DNA of 64,000 bases from Methanomassiliicoccaceae archaeon (GTDB lineage: Archaea > Thermoplasmatota > Thermoplasmata > Methanomassiliicoccales > Methanomethylophilaceae), in assembly GCA_003557905.1 (NCBI GenBank), contig PWNH01000132.1, forward strand, positions 2,920-66,919, given 5' to 3'. A model generated the notes under the pieces. The model had not been told where the DNA came from. It made no database searches and saw only the letters and a list, made by a program, of their open reading frames with translations. The translations under genes were made by a program, and so were the position numbers. Positions 25,595-34,593 of the stretch are shown here, in pieces (position 1 is the stretch's first letter; each line of letters begins with the position of its first letter).

Positions 25595-27037
25595 ATGACC
25601 ACGAACAACGGCGCGGTGGTGGACAACGACCTTAACAGTGTCACCGCCGGTCTGCCGGGACCAGTACTGATACAGGACGTGCATCTCGTAGAGAAGCTCG
25701 CCCACTTCAACCGCGAAAGGATACCGGAGAGGGTCGTGCACGCCAAGGGGGCGGGCGCCGGTGGATACTTCGAGGTCACCAAGGACGTGTCCAAATGGAC
25801 CAAGGCCAAGTTCCTGTCCAAGGTGGGGAAGAGGACGGAGGTTTTCGTCCGTTTCTCGACCGTGGGAGGGGAGAAGGGCTCCGCCGATGCCGAGAGGGAC
25901 CCCCGGGGATTCGCCGTCAAGTTCTACACCGAGGACGGCAACTACGACCTTGTTGGCAACAACACCCCGGTCTTCTTCATCCGTGACCCGTTGAAGTTCC
26001 CGGACTTCATACACACCCAGAAGAGGAAGCCGGGCAGCAACCTGAAGGACGCCGACATGTTCTGGGACTTCCTTTCCCTCACGCCGGAGTCCATCCATCA
26101 GGTCAGCATTCTGTTCTCCGACCGGGGAACGCCCCGCACCTACCGCAACATGAACGGTTACGGAAGCCACACCTACAAGTGGTACAACGATGCCGGTGAG
26201 CATTTCTACGTCAAATACCACTTCAAGACCGACCAAGGGGTTGATAACTTCACCATGGAGGAGGCGGAGGTCATGAAGGGCAAGGACCCTGACAGCGCCA
26301 CCCGGGACCTGTACGATGCGATCGCCCGTGGCGACCCCCCGTCCTGGACGCTGCAGGTGCAGATCATGACCCCGGAGGAGGCGGAGGAGTACCGCTTCGA
26401 CCCCTTCGACGTCACCAAGGTATGGCCCCATGGGGACTATCCGGTGATGGACATCGGCAGGATGGTTCTGGACCGCAACCCCAGCAACTACTTCGCCGAG
26501 GTGGAGCAGGCGGCATTCTCGCCCAGCAACTTCGTTCCCGGGATCGCCGCCTCACCGGACAAGATGCTGCAGGGCAGGCTCTTCGCCTACCCCGACGCCC
26601 ACCGCTACCGCTTGGGCGCCAATTACACCCAGCTTCCGGTGAACGCCCCCAAGGCCGCGAAGATGGACAACTATCAGCGCGACGGTCCGATGCGTTTCGA
26701 CGGCAACCTCGGTGACGGCCCCAACTACTGGCCCAACAGCTTCGGCGGTCCGGAGCCGGTGCCAGGCAGCGGGGAGCCGATGTTCAACGTGTACGGCAAG
26801 GCGGGCAGACAGCCCTACGTCCACCCCAACGACGACTACGTGCAGGCCGGTGACCTTTACCGCAAGGCGATGAAGGACCAGGACCGTACGAATCTGGTGA
26901 AGAACATCGTCGCCCATCTCGGCAACGCCCGCAAGGACATCCAGATACGTCAGGTAAAGATATTCCTGAAGGCGGATGAGGAGTACGGCAGCCGTGTCGC
27001 CGAGGGACTGGGACTCAGCGCCGCCGATCTGGCATGA
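25595..27037 (+). CDS. Monofunctional haem catalase (small-subunit type)
   Basis: 480 aa. [56 protein letters not shown]. The distal His, Asn and proximal Tyr regions are recognisable. Confidence 0.95.
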   Translation: MTTNNGAVVDNDLNSVTAGLPGPVLIQDVHLVEKLAHFNRERIPERVVHAKGAGAGGYFEVTKDVSKWTKAKFLSKVGKRTEVFVRFSTVGGEKGSADAERDPRGFAVKFYTEDGNYDLVGNNTPVFFIRDPLKFPDFIHTQKRKPGSNLKDADMFWDFLSLTPESIHQVSILFSDRGTPRTYRNMNGYGSHTYKWYNDAGEHFYVKYHFKTDQGVDNFTMEEAEVMKGKDPDSATRDLYDAIARGDPPSWTLQVQIMTPEEAEEYRFDPFDVTKVWPHGDYPVMDIGRMVLDRNPSNYFAEVEQAAFSPSNFVPGIAASPDKMLQGRLFAYPDAHRYRLGANYTQLPVNAPKAAKMDNYQRDGPMRFDGNLGDGPNYWPNSFGGPEPVPGSGEPMFNVYGKAGRQPYVHPNDDYVQAGDLYRKAMKDQDRTNLVKNIVAHLGNARKDIQIRQVKIFLKADEEYGSRVAEGLGLSAADLA

Positions 27038-27061
27038 GTCTCCGAAAAACCACTTCCTTTT

Positions 27062-28012
27062 TCATCCCCTTCTCAGCCCATGGTGGGCGGCGGCCCTCTT
27101 GGCGTCGCGGAACTCCTCGGGGCGGATGCGCCGTTTGAGCGCCCTGTGGGCGGGTTCCTGGGAACCGACCACCTTGTGACAGGGCCGGTACTGGTCCATT
27201 ATGTTCACATAGCTTCCTCGTGACAGTTCCTCGGCTATGAACGCCATCACCCCTTCGCTCCCCGCCAGCCTCTCAGGCAGCACCAGGTGCCTGATTATCA
27301 TGCCGCGGACGGCGACACCGTCCTCCACGACGAGGTCCCCCACCTGGCGGTGCATCTCCTTCAGGGCGGAACGCATCACGACCGGGTAGTCCTTTACATG
27401 CGACAGCCTCCAGGCCACCTCGGGGTCGTCGTACTTCGCATCGGGCATATAGATGTCCACCACACCGTCCAGAAGTCTAAGGGCCTCCACACGGTCGTAT
27501 CCGCCGCTGTTGTAAACCAACGGCAGCCTCAACCCCTTGCCAGCAGCCAGGTCCAAAGCCTCCAGTATCTGAGGTATGACGTGGGAGGGTGAGACCAGGT
27601 TGATGTTGTGACATCCCATGCGCTGGAGGTCGATCATCATACCCGCCAGACGGTGAGCATCGACCTCCAGACCTACCGGGCCTTGACTGATGTCGTGGTT
27701 CTGGCAATAGTCACAGTGCATGTTGCAGCCGCCGAAGAAGACCGTTCCCGAACCGTGCCTTCCCACCAACGGGGCCTCCTCGCCGAGATGGGGGCCGTAA
27801 CTGCAGACCGTCGCGTTGCGGCCGATGCCGCAAGCGCCTCTTATATCGTTGATACGGTCGACGCTGCACAGTCGGGGGCAGCAACGGCAGTCGGCGAGAC
27901 GGGACACCGCCTTGGCCGCCCTCGCGGAGAGCTCCCCGCTATGATGCAGGGAAAGATAGGACGGTCCGCTCATCGGATAAAAATGAATGATTGACGTTAT
28001 AGGTGTTGCCAT
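27062..28012 (-). CDS. Radical SAM protein (PflX / activase-like)
   Basis: CNMHCDYCQN CxxxCxxC cluster preceded by GSGTVFFGG. N-terminal CRCCPRLC. ATG at 27973 is an alternative start. Confidence 0.8.
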   Translation of the reverse strand: MATPITSIIHFYPMSGPSYLSLHHSGELSARAAKAVSRLADCRCCPRLCSVDRINDIRGACGIGRNATVCSYGPHLGEEAPLVGRHGSGTVFFGGCNMHCDYCQNHDISQGPVGLEVDAHRLAGMMIDLQRMGCHNINLVSPSHVIPQILEALDLAAGKGLRLPLVYNSGGYDRVEALRLLDGVVDIYMPDAKYDDPEVAWRLSHVKDYPVVMRSALKEMHRQVGDLVVEDGVAVRGMIIRHLVLPERLAGSEGVMAFIAEELSRGSYVNIMDQYRPCHKVVGSQEPAHRALKRRIRPEEFRDAKRAAAHHGLRRG

Positions 28013-28071
28013 CAGCTCCCCTCAGACGGTCTGAACAAGCGTTTTAAACCTGAATTGATTACACCGTCACA

Positions 28072-28146
28072 GGCGACTGTAGTCTAGCGGTTAGGACCGG
28101 GGCTTCCCAAGCCTCTAACCCGGGTTCAAATCCCGGCAGTCGCACC
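28072..28146 (+). tRNA. tRNA-Gly (anticodon CCC), CCA encoded
   Basis: GCGACTG...CAGTCGC acceptor stem, anticodon stem GGGGC/GCCTC with loop TTCCCAA, T-arm CCGGG-TTCAAAT-CCCGG; 75 nt, folded by hand. Confidence 0.9.
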
Positions 28147-28232
28147 AATCTTCTTCTCTTACGCTCCTGAATGAACACTGCGGGTTCCCTCAAAAATGAA
28201 ATATCATAGAGGACGCTACCACAGACACGTCC

Positions 28233-29066
28233 ATGGACGTAGGGGATCTGATGATGCAACTTGAGGTCTTGGAAACAAACATACCGTTGCTGGGGATGAC
28301 TTGGTTGCACCTTCTGTCCTCATTGTTGCTGCTTGTCATCGGCATAGTGGTAGCCAAGTACGTTGTCAGATATTTCCGCAAGGGACTGTCCCGCAGCAAG
28401 CTTCCGGAACTGGTGGTGGAGTTCCTCAGCCGTTTCCTCAGCGTCCTGTTGTACGTGGCGGTTTTCCTGATGTTCATATCATCGCTCGGTGTCCAGGTGG
28501 ACTCCGTGGTCCTCGGACTCTCAGCGGTGATCGGCCTGATCCTGGGATTCGGCATGCAGGACACGCTGACAAACCTATCCAGCGGGATTTGGATCGCCGC
28601 GCTCAGACCTTTGGACAAAGGTGAGTTCGTCTCCGTGGGCGGTTACAGCGGTACTGTGAATGCGGTCGGGATAATGGCCACCGAACTGCTCAGCATTGAC
28701 AACCAGCTCATAACCATACCCAACAAGCTGGTGTGGAACAACTCCATAGTCAACAACAGCCGGATGCCCACTCGCAGGGCATCGGTGGACGTCGGCATAT
28801 CTTACAAGGCCGACCTGGACAAGGCAATCACGGTGGCGATGGACCTCATGAGGTCTCACCCCAAGGTCCTGGAGGAGCCGTCCCCCGCGGTCGTGGTTCT
28901 AGGCCTCGGTGACTCCTCGGTCGACCTCCAGCTGCGTGCTTGGACGGTAAACGCCGACCTATGGGGCGTCAAGTGGGACCTTACCGGCGGCATATTCAAG
29001 GCATTCCGCGAGAACGGCATAGAGATACCCTATCCGCAGAGGGACGTCCATCTCAAGAAGGAATGA
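28233..29066 (+). CDS. Small-conductance mechanosensitive channel (MscS family)
   Basis: 277 aa. Three N-terminal TM helices, then GDFV-like KGEFVSVGGYSGTVNAVGIMATEL and IPNKLVWNNSIVN of the MscS beta domain. Confidence 0.85.
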   Translation: MDVGDLMMQLEVLETNIPLLGMTWLHLLSSLLLLVIGIVVAKYVVRYFRKGLSRSKLPELVVEFLSRFLSVLLYVAVFLMFISSLGVQVDSVVLGLSAVIGLILGFGMQDTLTNLSSGIWIAALRPLDKGEFVSVGGYSGTVNAVGIMATELLSIDNQLITIPNKLVWNNSIVNNSRMPTRRASVDVGISYKADLDKAITVAMDLMRSHPKVLEEPSPAVVVLGLGDSSVDLQLRAWTVNADLWGVKWDLTGGIFKAFRENGIEIPYPQRDVHLKKE

Positions 29067-29171
29067 GACCTGCCATGTATCATTGATGGGAAGTTCTCAA
29101 TGCGTCACCTGGTTTAACATACCCTAACCTTTTATGGTGCAATAGCGTATGTTCAAGCGCTGGGTGAGACT

Positions 29172-30203
29172 ATGATAGAGGTTGATGGTTCCAGAGGGGA
29201 GGGGGGCGGACAGATCGTACGTACCTCCATCGCCCTGGCAGCCCTTACCGGCAAGGATGTCAGACTCAGCAACATCCGCGAGAACCGACCCACTCAGGGC
29301 CTTTCCCGTCAGCATTGCACCGCCATCCATGCGGTAGCGGATATGAACGATTCATGGGTGGTCGGCAACGTCCCCGGTTCGCGGGAGATGGTGTTCCGTC
29401 CTGGTAAGGCTGGGAGCGGCGACGTGGCCCTTGACGTCGGCAGTGCCGGCAGTATCAGTCTCATGCTGCAGGCGATGCTGTTGTGCGCCCAATCACACGA
29501 CTCCAAGGTCACGATGGACATCAGAGGCGGTACCAATGTCAAGTGGGCACCGCCCATCGACTTCTATCCGCAGGTGCTTTTCCCCTTGCTTTCCCGGATG
29601 GGGATCGAGGCGGAGATGGAGATCGTCAACCGTGGTTTCTACCCTCAAGGCCATGGACATGTACGCGTCACAGTGGTTCCCGCGAAGACCATCAGACCGT
29701 TGCGCATAGATGACCTGGGTGAGGTGTTGGAGGTCAACGCGGTAAGCTACTGCCAGAACCTCCCGCCACGCATAGTGGACGAGATGGCATGGTCCTGTCA
29801 GGAGATGCTGTCCGACATAGCCGTCCTGAATGTGGAGAGGGACATCCGCCAGGGTGGCTCCACCGGGGCGGGGATATCTCTGGTGGCCGTGCACCGCAAC
29901 GGCATGATGGGCGCCAGTGCCCTCGGCTCTCGTGGGAACCCCGCCCGACTGGTCGGTGAGGAGGCCGCCAAGGACCTCATAGTGGAGATGGATGGCGGGG
30001 GCACATTGGACGTCCATGCCGCCGACCAGCTGGTGCCATACATGGCTTTGGCTGACGGCGGGAGTGTCTTCCGGGTCTGGCGTATCAGCAAGCACCTGCT
30101 GAGCCAGATGGACCTTCTGGAGACCTTTTTGGATGTCAAGTTCCATATCAGCCGTTTAACGAAAGGGTACCGCATAGAGGTGGAGCCGGGAGGGAATGAA
30201 TGA
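29172..30203 (+). CDS. rtcA: RNA 3'-terminal phosphate cyclase
   Basis: 343 aa. GSRGEGGGQIVRTSIALAALTG, GAGSISLMLQA, and LDVHAADQLVPYMALA containing the catalytic histidine. Confidence 0.9.
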   Translation: MIEVDGSRGEGGGQIVRTSIALAALTGKDVRLSNIRENRPTQGLSRQHCTAIHAVADMNDSWVVGNVPGSREMVFRPGKAGSGDVALDVGSAGSISLMLQAMLLCAQSHDSKVTMDIRGGTNVKWAPPIDFYPQVLFPLLSRMGIEAEMEIVNRGFYPQGHGHVRVTVVPAKTIRPLRIDDLGEVLEVNAVSYCQNLPPRIVDEMAWSCQEMLSDIAVLNVERDIRQGGSTGAGISLVAVHRNGMMGASALGSRGNPARLVGEEAAKDLIVEMDGGGTLDVHAADQLVPYMALADGGSVFRVWRISKHLLSQMDLLETFLDVKFHISRLTKGYRIEVEPGGNE

Positions 30204-30826
30204 GACCCAAGGTCATAGTGAACTGCGCCATGAGCGCCGATGGCAAGATAGCGGGATACGACCGCCGCCAGACCAGGATATCAACCCCCGAGGACATGGA
30301 GAGGGTCAAAGCCCTGCGCAGGTCGGTGGATGCGATAATGGTCGGGGTGGGCACCGTCGTAGCCGATGACCCCCATCTGACCGTCAAAGGGCTGGAGAGG
30401 GATGAGAACCCGGTGCGGGTGGTCATAGATTCCCGGGGAAGGACCCCGGATTCGGCCCAGGTGCTCGATGGTCGGGCACGCACCCTGATATTCCACGGCG
30501 AGGGATGCGATCGTCGGTGGGAGGGTACGGAATCGTTCTGCTGCGGAGCCGACCGTGTCGACCTGCGCAGGATGTTGGACATACTTGCTGAAATCGGCAT
30601 CGGGACGCTCATGGTGGAAGGAGGCGGGGAGTTGATAGCCTCCCTGTTCGACGAGGGTCTGGTGGACGAGTACAACGTATTCGTGGGTCCGCTGATAATC
30701 GGCGGCCGCAGTTCGCCGACGCCTGCCGACGGTGAGGGGCGTGAGGGCAAGGATGCCATACGTCTGCGCTTCGCCGGCATGGAGGTCCTGGGCGAGGGTG
30801 TGCTCCTGAGGTATCTACGCATTTGA
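30200..30826 (+). CDS. RibD C-terminal-domain (DHFR-fold) reductase; best match is archaeal 2,5-diamino-6-ribosylamino-4(3H)-pyrimidinone 5'-phosphate reductase
   Basis: 208 aa. VIVNCAMSADGKIAG, STPEDMERVKALRRSVDAIMVGVGTVVADDPHLTVKG, LMVEGGGELIASL. The start overlaps the rtcA stop by 4 nt. Confidence 0.75.
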   Translation: MRPKVIVNCAMSADGKIAGYDRRQTRISTPEDMERVKALRRSVDAIMVGVGTVVADDPHLTVKGLERDENPVRVVIDSRGRTPDSAQVLDGRARTLIFHGEGCDRRWEGTESFCCGADRVDLRRMLDILAEIGIGTLMVEGGGELIASLFDEGLVDEYNVFVGPLIIGGRSSPTPADGEGREGKDAIRLRFAGMEVLGEGVLLRYLRI

Positions 30827-30878
30827 GCATCGATTAGAACATTTTATGTACAAATGTATCATAGGAGCGTTGAGCCCT

Positions 30879-32306
30879 ATGTTGAAAGAACCCATCTTCA
30901 GCGGAGTCTACGCCTCGCTGGTCACGCCCTTCGACGCCGATGAGGGCGTCGACGAGTCCGCCCTACGGAAACTGATCTCACGGATGGTCGGACAGGTTGA
31001 CGGGCTGGTGGTCTGCGGGGCGGAGGGGGAGTTCGAGTACCTTTCCGACACCGAGAGACGCAAGGTGATAGACATAGCCGTGGACGAGGTGGCGGGCAGG
31101 GTGCCGCTGATCGTGGGAACCGGCTCGGCCAGCACCCGGATTGCCTGTCAGCTCTCAGCATTCGCGGAGGCGGCGGGCGCCGATGCGGTGATCGTATCCA
31201 CACCCTATTTCCTGTTCCCTTCCGACAAGGGATATCATCAACACTTCCTCGAAGTGTCAAATTCCACATCATTGCCGATAATAGTCTACAATCCCATGGA
31301 GAGCTGTATCGGCCGCATACCCCGCAAGGTCCTGGAGGACCTGTCCTACGTGGAGAACGTGGTGGCCTTGGCGGACTCGTCAGGCGACATGCCCTACCTG
31401 ATGGAGGTGATAGAGAAGGTCAGGGGCAGGATGGATGTCCTGGTGAGTAATGAGGAGACCGTCTATCCCTCCCTGTGCGTGGGATGTTCAGGTATGATAC
31501 TGGGTAGCGCACAGGTGTATCCGTCGTTATGGAGGGAGATGTTCAGGTCCTTCACCGAGGGCGACGACGATCAATCCCGCATACTGCAGGCCAGGGTGCA
31601 GAAGCTGTCCCGACTGTTCATGAGACATGGTCTGGCGGTGCCTTTGAAGGCGGCGATGAGGATGATAGGCGAGCCGGCCGGTAAGGCCCGAGGACCGTTG
31701 AAGGAGGGAGGTTCGCTTCTGCACGAGGACCGGGAGGAGATAAAGGTCGAGCTGGAGAGGATAGGCCTGTTGGAGAGGGCCGGTGAGTCAAGGGTTGAAT
31801 ACGACCTCCCCCTGGATGATAGGTTCTTGGACATAGGCATCAGCGCTGACGACCTGAGGAGTAACGGGGTGCGCCTGTCAACGGCATCCCATGGGAGCGG
31901 TGAGGAGAGTGCGGTCATCGATCTCGCCCTGGGGCGTAAAGATGGCCTCCTGGGAGACGTGTTCGCTTCCCAACTGGTCTATCTGAACCACGGGAAGGAA
32001 TCGTTGCCCATTGTTCTGGAGCCGAACCTGGCCACCCTCCCGCCCTGCATGATAATACCAGTCATGGAACTGCGCAACATGCGCCAGGCAAACATGGTCT
32101 ACGGCCCGGCCCAAGGTGCGATAGCCAAGGCCATCGCCGACCTGTGCGCCGACGGTCGGATCCCACATAAAATCATGGATGAATACATCATGCTGGCAAG
32201 GGTGTTCATGGACCCCAACGCCCTCGACCGTTCCTCGATATACGTCAACTTCCATCAGGCCACCCTCCGTGCCATGGAGGAACTGCTCATGGAGGTGGGG
32301 GAATGA
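30879..32306 (+). CDS. DapA-like (class I aldolase fold) :: Fae-like (formaldehyde-activating enzyme family) fusion protein, copy 1
   Basis: N-terminal about 300 aa are colinear with DapA/NanA (GVYASLVTPFDADEGV, GRVPLIVGTGSAST, TPYFLFPSDKGYHQHF, PIIVYNP). The C-terminal about 140 aa are colinear with Fae (AVIDLALG, PNLATLPPCMIIP, VYGPAQGAIAKAIADLCADGRIP, ARVFMDP). ATG at 30879 preferred; ATG at 30846 possible. Confidence 0.7.
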   Translation: MLKEPIFSGVYASLVTPFDADEGVDESALRKLISRMVGQVDGLVVCGAEGEFEYLSDTERRKVIDIAVDEVAGRVPLIVGTGSASTRIACQLSAFAEAAGADAVIVSTPYFLFPSDKGYHQHFLEVSNSTSLPIIVYNPMESCIGRIPRKVLEDLSYVENVVALADSSGDMPYLMEVIEKVRGRMDVLVSNEETVYPSLCVGCSGMILGSAQVYPSLWREMFRSFTEGDDDQSRILQARVQKLSRLFMRHGLAVPLKAAMRMIGEPAGKARGPLKEGGSLLHEDREEIKVELERIGLLERAGESRVEYDLPLDDRFLDIGISADDLRSNGVRLSTASHGSGEESAVIDLALGRKDGLLGDVFASQLVYLNHGKESLPIVLEPNLATLPPCMIIPVMELRNMRQANMVYGPAQGAIAKAIADLCADGRIPHKIMDEYIMLARVFMDPNALDRSSIYVNFHQATLRAMEELLMEVGE

Positions 32307-33751
32307 AGAGTGGAGACCTGCAAGGAATATTCACACCGCTGGTCACACCGTTCGATGAGCGCCTGAACGTCGACGAGCAGCGGCTACGGGGGCATGTGCG
32401 ATGGCTCATGGGCCGCGTCGACGGCCTGGTATGCACATCTGACGTCGGTGAGTTCGTTCAGCTGACCGAGACGGAGAGGGTCGAAGTCTGGAAGATGGTG
32501 ATAGACGAGGTTGACGGCAGGGTCCCTGTCATAGTCGGAAGCGGGTCATCGAGCACCAAGGTCGCCAAGGAGCTCACACTGAAGGCATCGGACCTAGGTG
32601 CGGATGCCGCTCTCGTGGTCGACCCTTATTTCTATCGCAGCAGCGGCAAGGAGCGCTACGAGCACTTCCAGGCCCTGAACGCCCTCGGTTTCCCGTTGAT
32701 CAATCACAACGTCTGCCGCTACACCGGTGCCGAGAGGGAATGGTGGACGACCGAAGGCATAGCCGACCTGGACAATGTCATAGGCATTCTGGATGCCACC
32801 GGCGACATGGCCTACACCGCCACCCTGAACGAGAAGGTCGAGGACGCTGCGATCATCGCCGGCAAGGACGAGGTGGCGGCCATGGCCCTGGCACAAGGTT
32901 GTAAAGCGGCCGTCCTGCCCACCGCCAACTTCATACCCGACCTCTGGAACGCGATATTCAAGGCCATCACCGCTAACGACCTGGACTCCGCCCGCTCCTT
33001 GCAGATGAGGATACAGAAGATCTGCCGCATATCCCACACCTGCCCCCATCATGTGGCCAAGGCCGCCCTGTGGATGATGGGTCGGGACATGGGGAGGCCG
33101 GCGCCCCCGGCGCTGCCCGGCGATAACTTCCTGCATGAGGACTGGGAGGAGCTCCGCCATCAGTTGTCGGGACTGGGCCTCCTTGCCGCCAAGTCGGTAC
33201 GCATGACAATCGGCGACGGTTCCTGCGACAGTTCCGTGGCATCGATACCGCACACCCCTGATGCGGTCGACCTCAGGATGCTCATAGGGGAGGCCTACTC
33301 CGGCCCGTCAGCGCACGAGGCGGCCCATGTCGACCTGCTCATAGGTGCCGACGACGGACCGGTGGGAAGGGCCTACGAAGCATCATTGGTCAATGACAAG
33401 GAGGGCCGGGTCAAGGAGGTCATGGACAGCCCGCGCTGCATGGTCGTGCCCACCGTCACACCGAGGACGGCGAAGCAGAAGAGGCATATGGAACTGGCAT
33501 CCGCCGGGGTCGTCCAGGCGGTGGAGGAGGCTGTCGAGGACGGTTTCCTGCCCCGTGAAATGCTGGACCGTGTCCGCCTTATAGCCAATGTGTTCGTGCA
33601 TCCTGCCGCCGCCAATGAGAGGCGAATACGGGTCAACAACTACAAGGCCATGCGCAACGCCATCAGGAGGGCGGTGGAGGGAAGGCCCCACGCCGAAGAA
33701 TTGGTGTGGCTGAAGGATTCCGTGAGGCACCCGACCCGCTACACGCCTTAA
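32303..33751 (+). CDS. DapA-like :: Fae-like fusion protein, copy 2 (diverged paralogue)
   Basis: 482 aa. GIFTPLVTPFDERLNVD, GRVPVIVGSGSSST and DPYFYRSSGKERYEHF (DapA-like), then GEAYSGPSAHEAAHVDLLIGADDGPVG ... ANVFVHPAA (Fae-like). The start overlaps the copy 1 stop (ATGA). Confidence 0.7.
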   Translation: MKSGDLQGIFTPLVTPFDERLNVDEQRLRGHVRWLMGRVDGLVCTSDVGEFVQLTETERVEVWKMVIDEVDGRVPVIVGSGSSSTKVAKELTLKASDLGADAALVVDPYFYRSSGKERYEHFQALNALGFPLINHNVCRYTGAEREWWTTEGIADLDNVIGILDATGDMAYTATLNEKVEDAAIIAGKDEVAAMALAQGCKAAVLPTANFIPDLWNAIFKAITANDLDSARSLQMRIQKICRISHTCPHHVAKAALWMMGRDMGRPAPPALPGDNFLHEDWEELRHQLSGLGLLAAKSVRMTIGDGSCDSSVASIPHTPDAVDLRMLIGEAYSGPSAHEAAHVDLLIGADDGPVGRAYEASLVNDKEGRVKEVMDSPRCMVVPTVTPRTAKQKRHMELASAGVVQAVEEAVEDGFLPREMLDRVRLIANVFVHPAAANERRIRVNNYKAMRNAIRRAVEGRPHAEELVWLKDSVRHPTRYTP

Positions 33752-34482
33752 TAGACGGGCTCGATGATGAACTTGCAGTAGTTGTAGGCGATGCCGAAGC
33801 ACTCGTTCTCCGTGATGATGAAGCGGCGGCCGGTCTTGTTCTCCAGGACGGACTTGAACACGCCCTCGTGGAACATGCAGAGCTTGTTCCCGGTCTCTGC
33901 ATTGGTCTCGTAGTCATCACGGATGATTATCGTCAATGGTATGAACGTGTAGACGCACACCTCGCCGAGGTCGTGCATCTCATAGAACTCCTGCAGTTCG
34001 GACACTATGTCCTCGATATCTGTGGACTCCACCTTCGTCGATAGCGCCTTACCGACCTCGCTGCCGACCTCGTACATCGCAGGATCTATGGCCAGACCGA
34101 TCGCTTCCAGACCTATCAACAGAGACCGCATCAACCCTTTGAGGAATGACGAGGGCGTGCCGGAGGAGTCGAGGATGGTCTTATGCATGTACTTCATCAT
34201 CTCATCCGAGGGATTGGTGGACTTGGCCACCGGTTTGGATGACAGGAAGAATATCTTACGCCTGTTGTCGGATGGATCGTCCCGTGAAGAGACGAGCTTC
34301 TCCTTGACCATCTTATCCAGATGTACGGAGAGGGTCGATTGGGCCTTACCGGTGATATTCGCGATGTCCGTCAAGGAAAGGTCCTTTACCTGCAGTTCTG
34401 TGAGAATCCTTTGTCGGACCGGGTTGCATATCTGTTTCAAACCGGAGCTGGTTGAGTATATATCGAATGCAGGTTCATCCAT
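33748..34482 (-). CDS. Transcriptional regulator: ArsR/TrmB-type winged helix plus C-terminal V4R (4-vinyl reductase) ligand-binding domain
   Basis: 244 aa. NPVRQRILTELQVKDLSLTDIANITGKAQSTLSVHLDKMVKEKLV (wHTH). C-terminal LCMFHEGVFKSVLE...ENECFGIAYNYCKFII is the V4R cysteine pattern. Confidence 0.7.
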   Translation of the reverse strand: MDEPAFDIYSTSSGLKQICNPVRQRILTELQVKDLSLTDIANITGKAQSTLSVHLDKMVKEKLVSSRDDPSDNRRKIFFLSSKPVAKSTNPSDEMMKYMHKTILDSSGTPSSFLKGLMRSLLIGLEAIGLAIDPAMYEVGSEVGKALSTKVESTDIEDIVSELQEFYEMHDLGEVCVYTFIPLTIIIRDDYETNAETGNKLCMFHEGVFKSVLENKTGRRFIITENECFGIAYNYCKFIIEPVY

Positions 34483-34593
34483 GGGAGCAGAGGCCCATCG
34501 AGATAATTCCTAATTAACTTTCCCGTTTAAATTCTCAAGCTATGCCATCACCTTAATCTACATTCGGGATTATTGTCTCAGCAGGGTAGTGGC

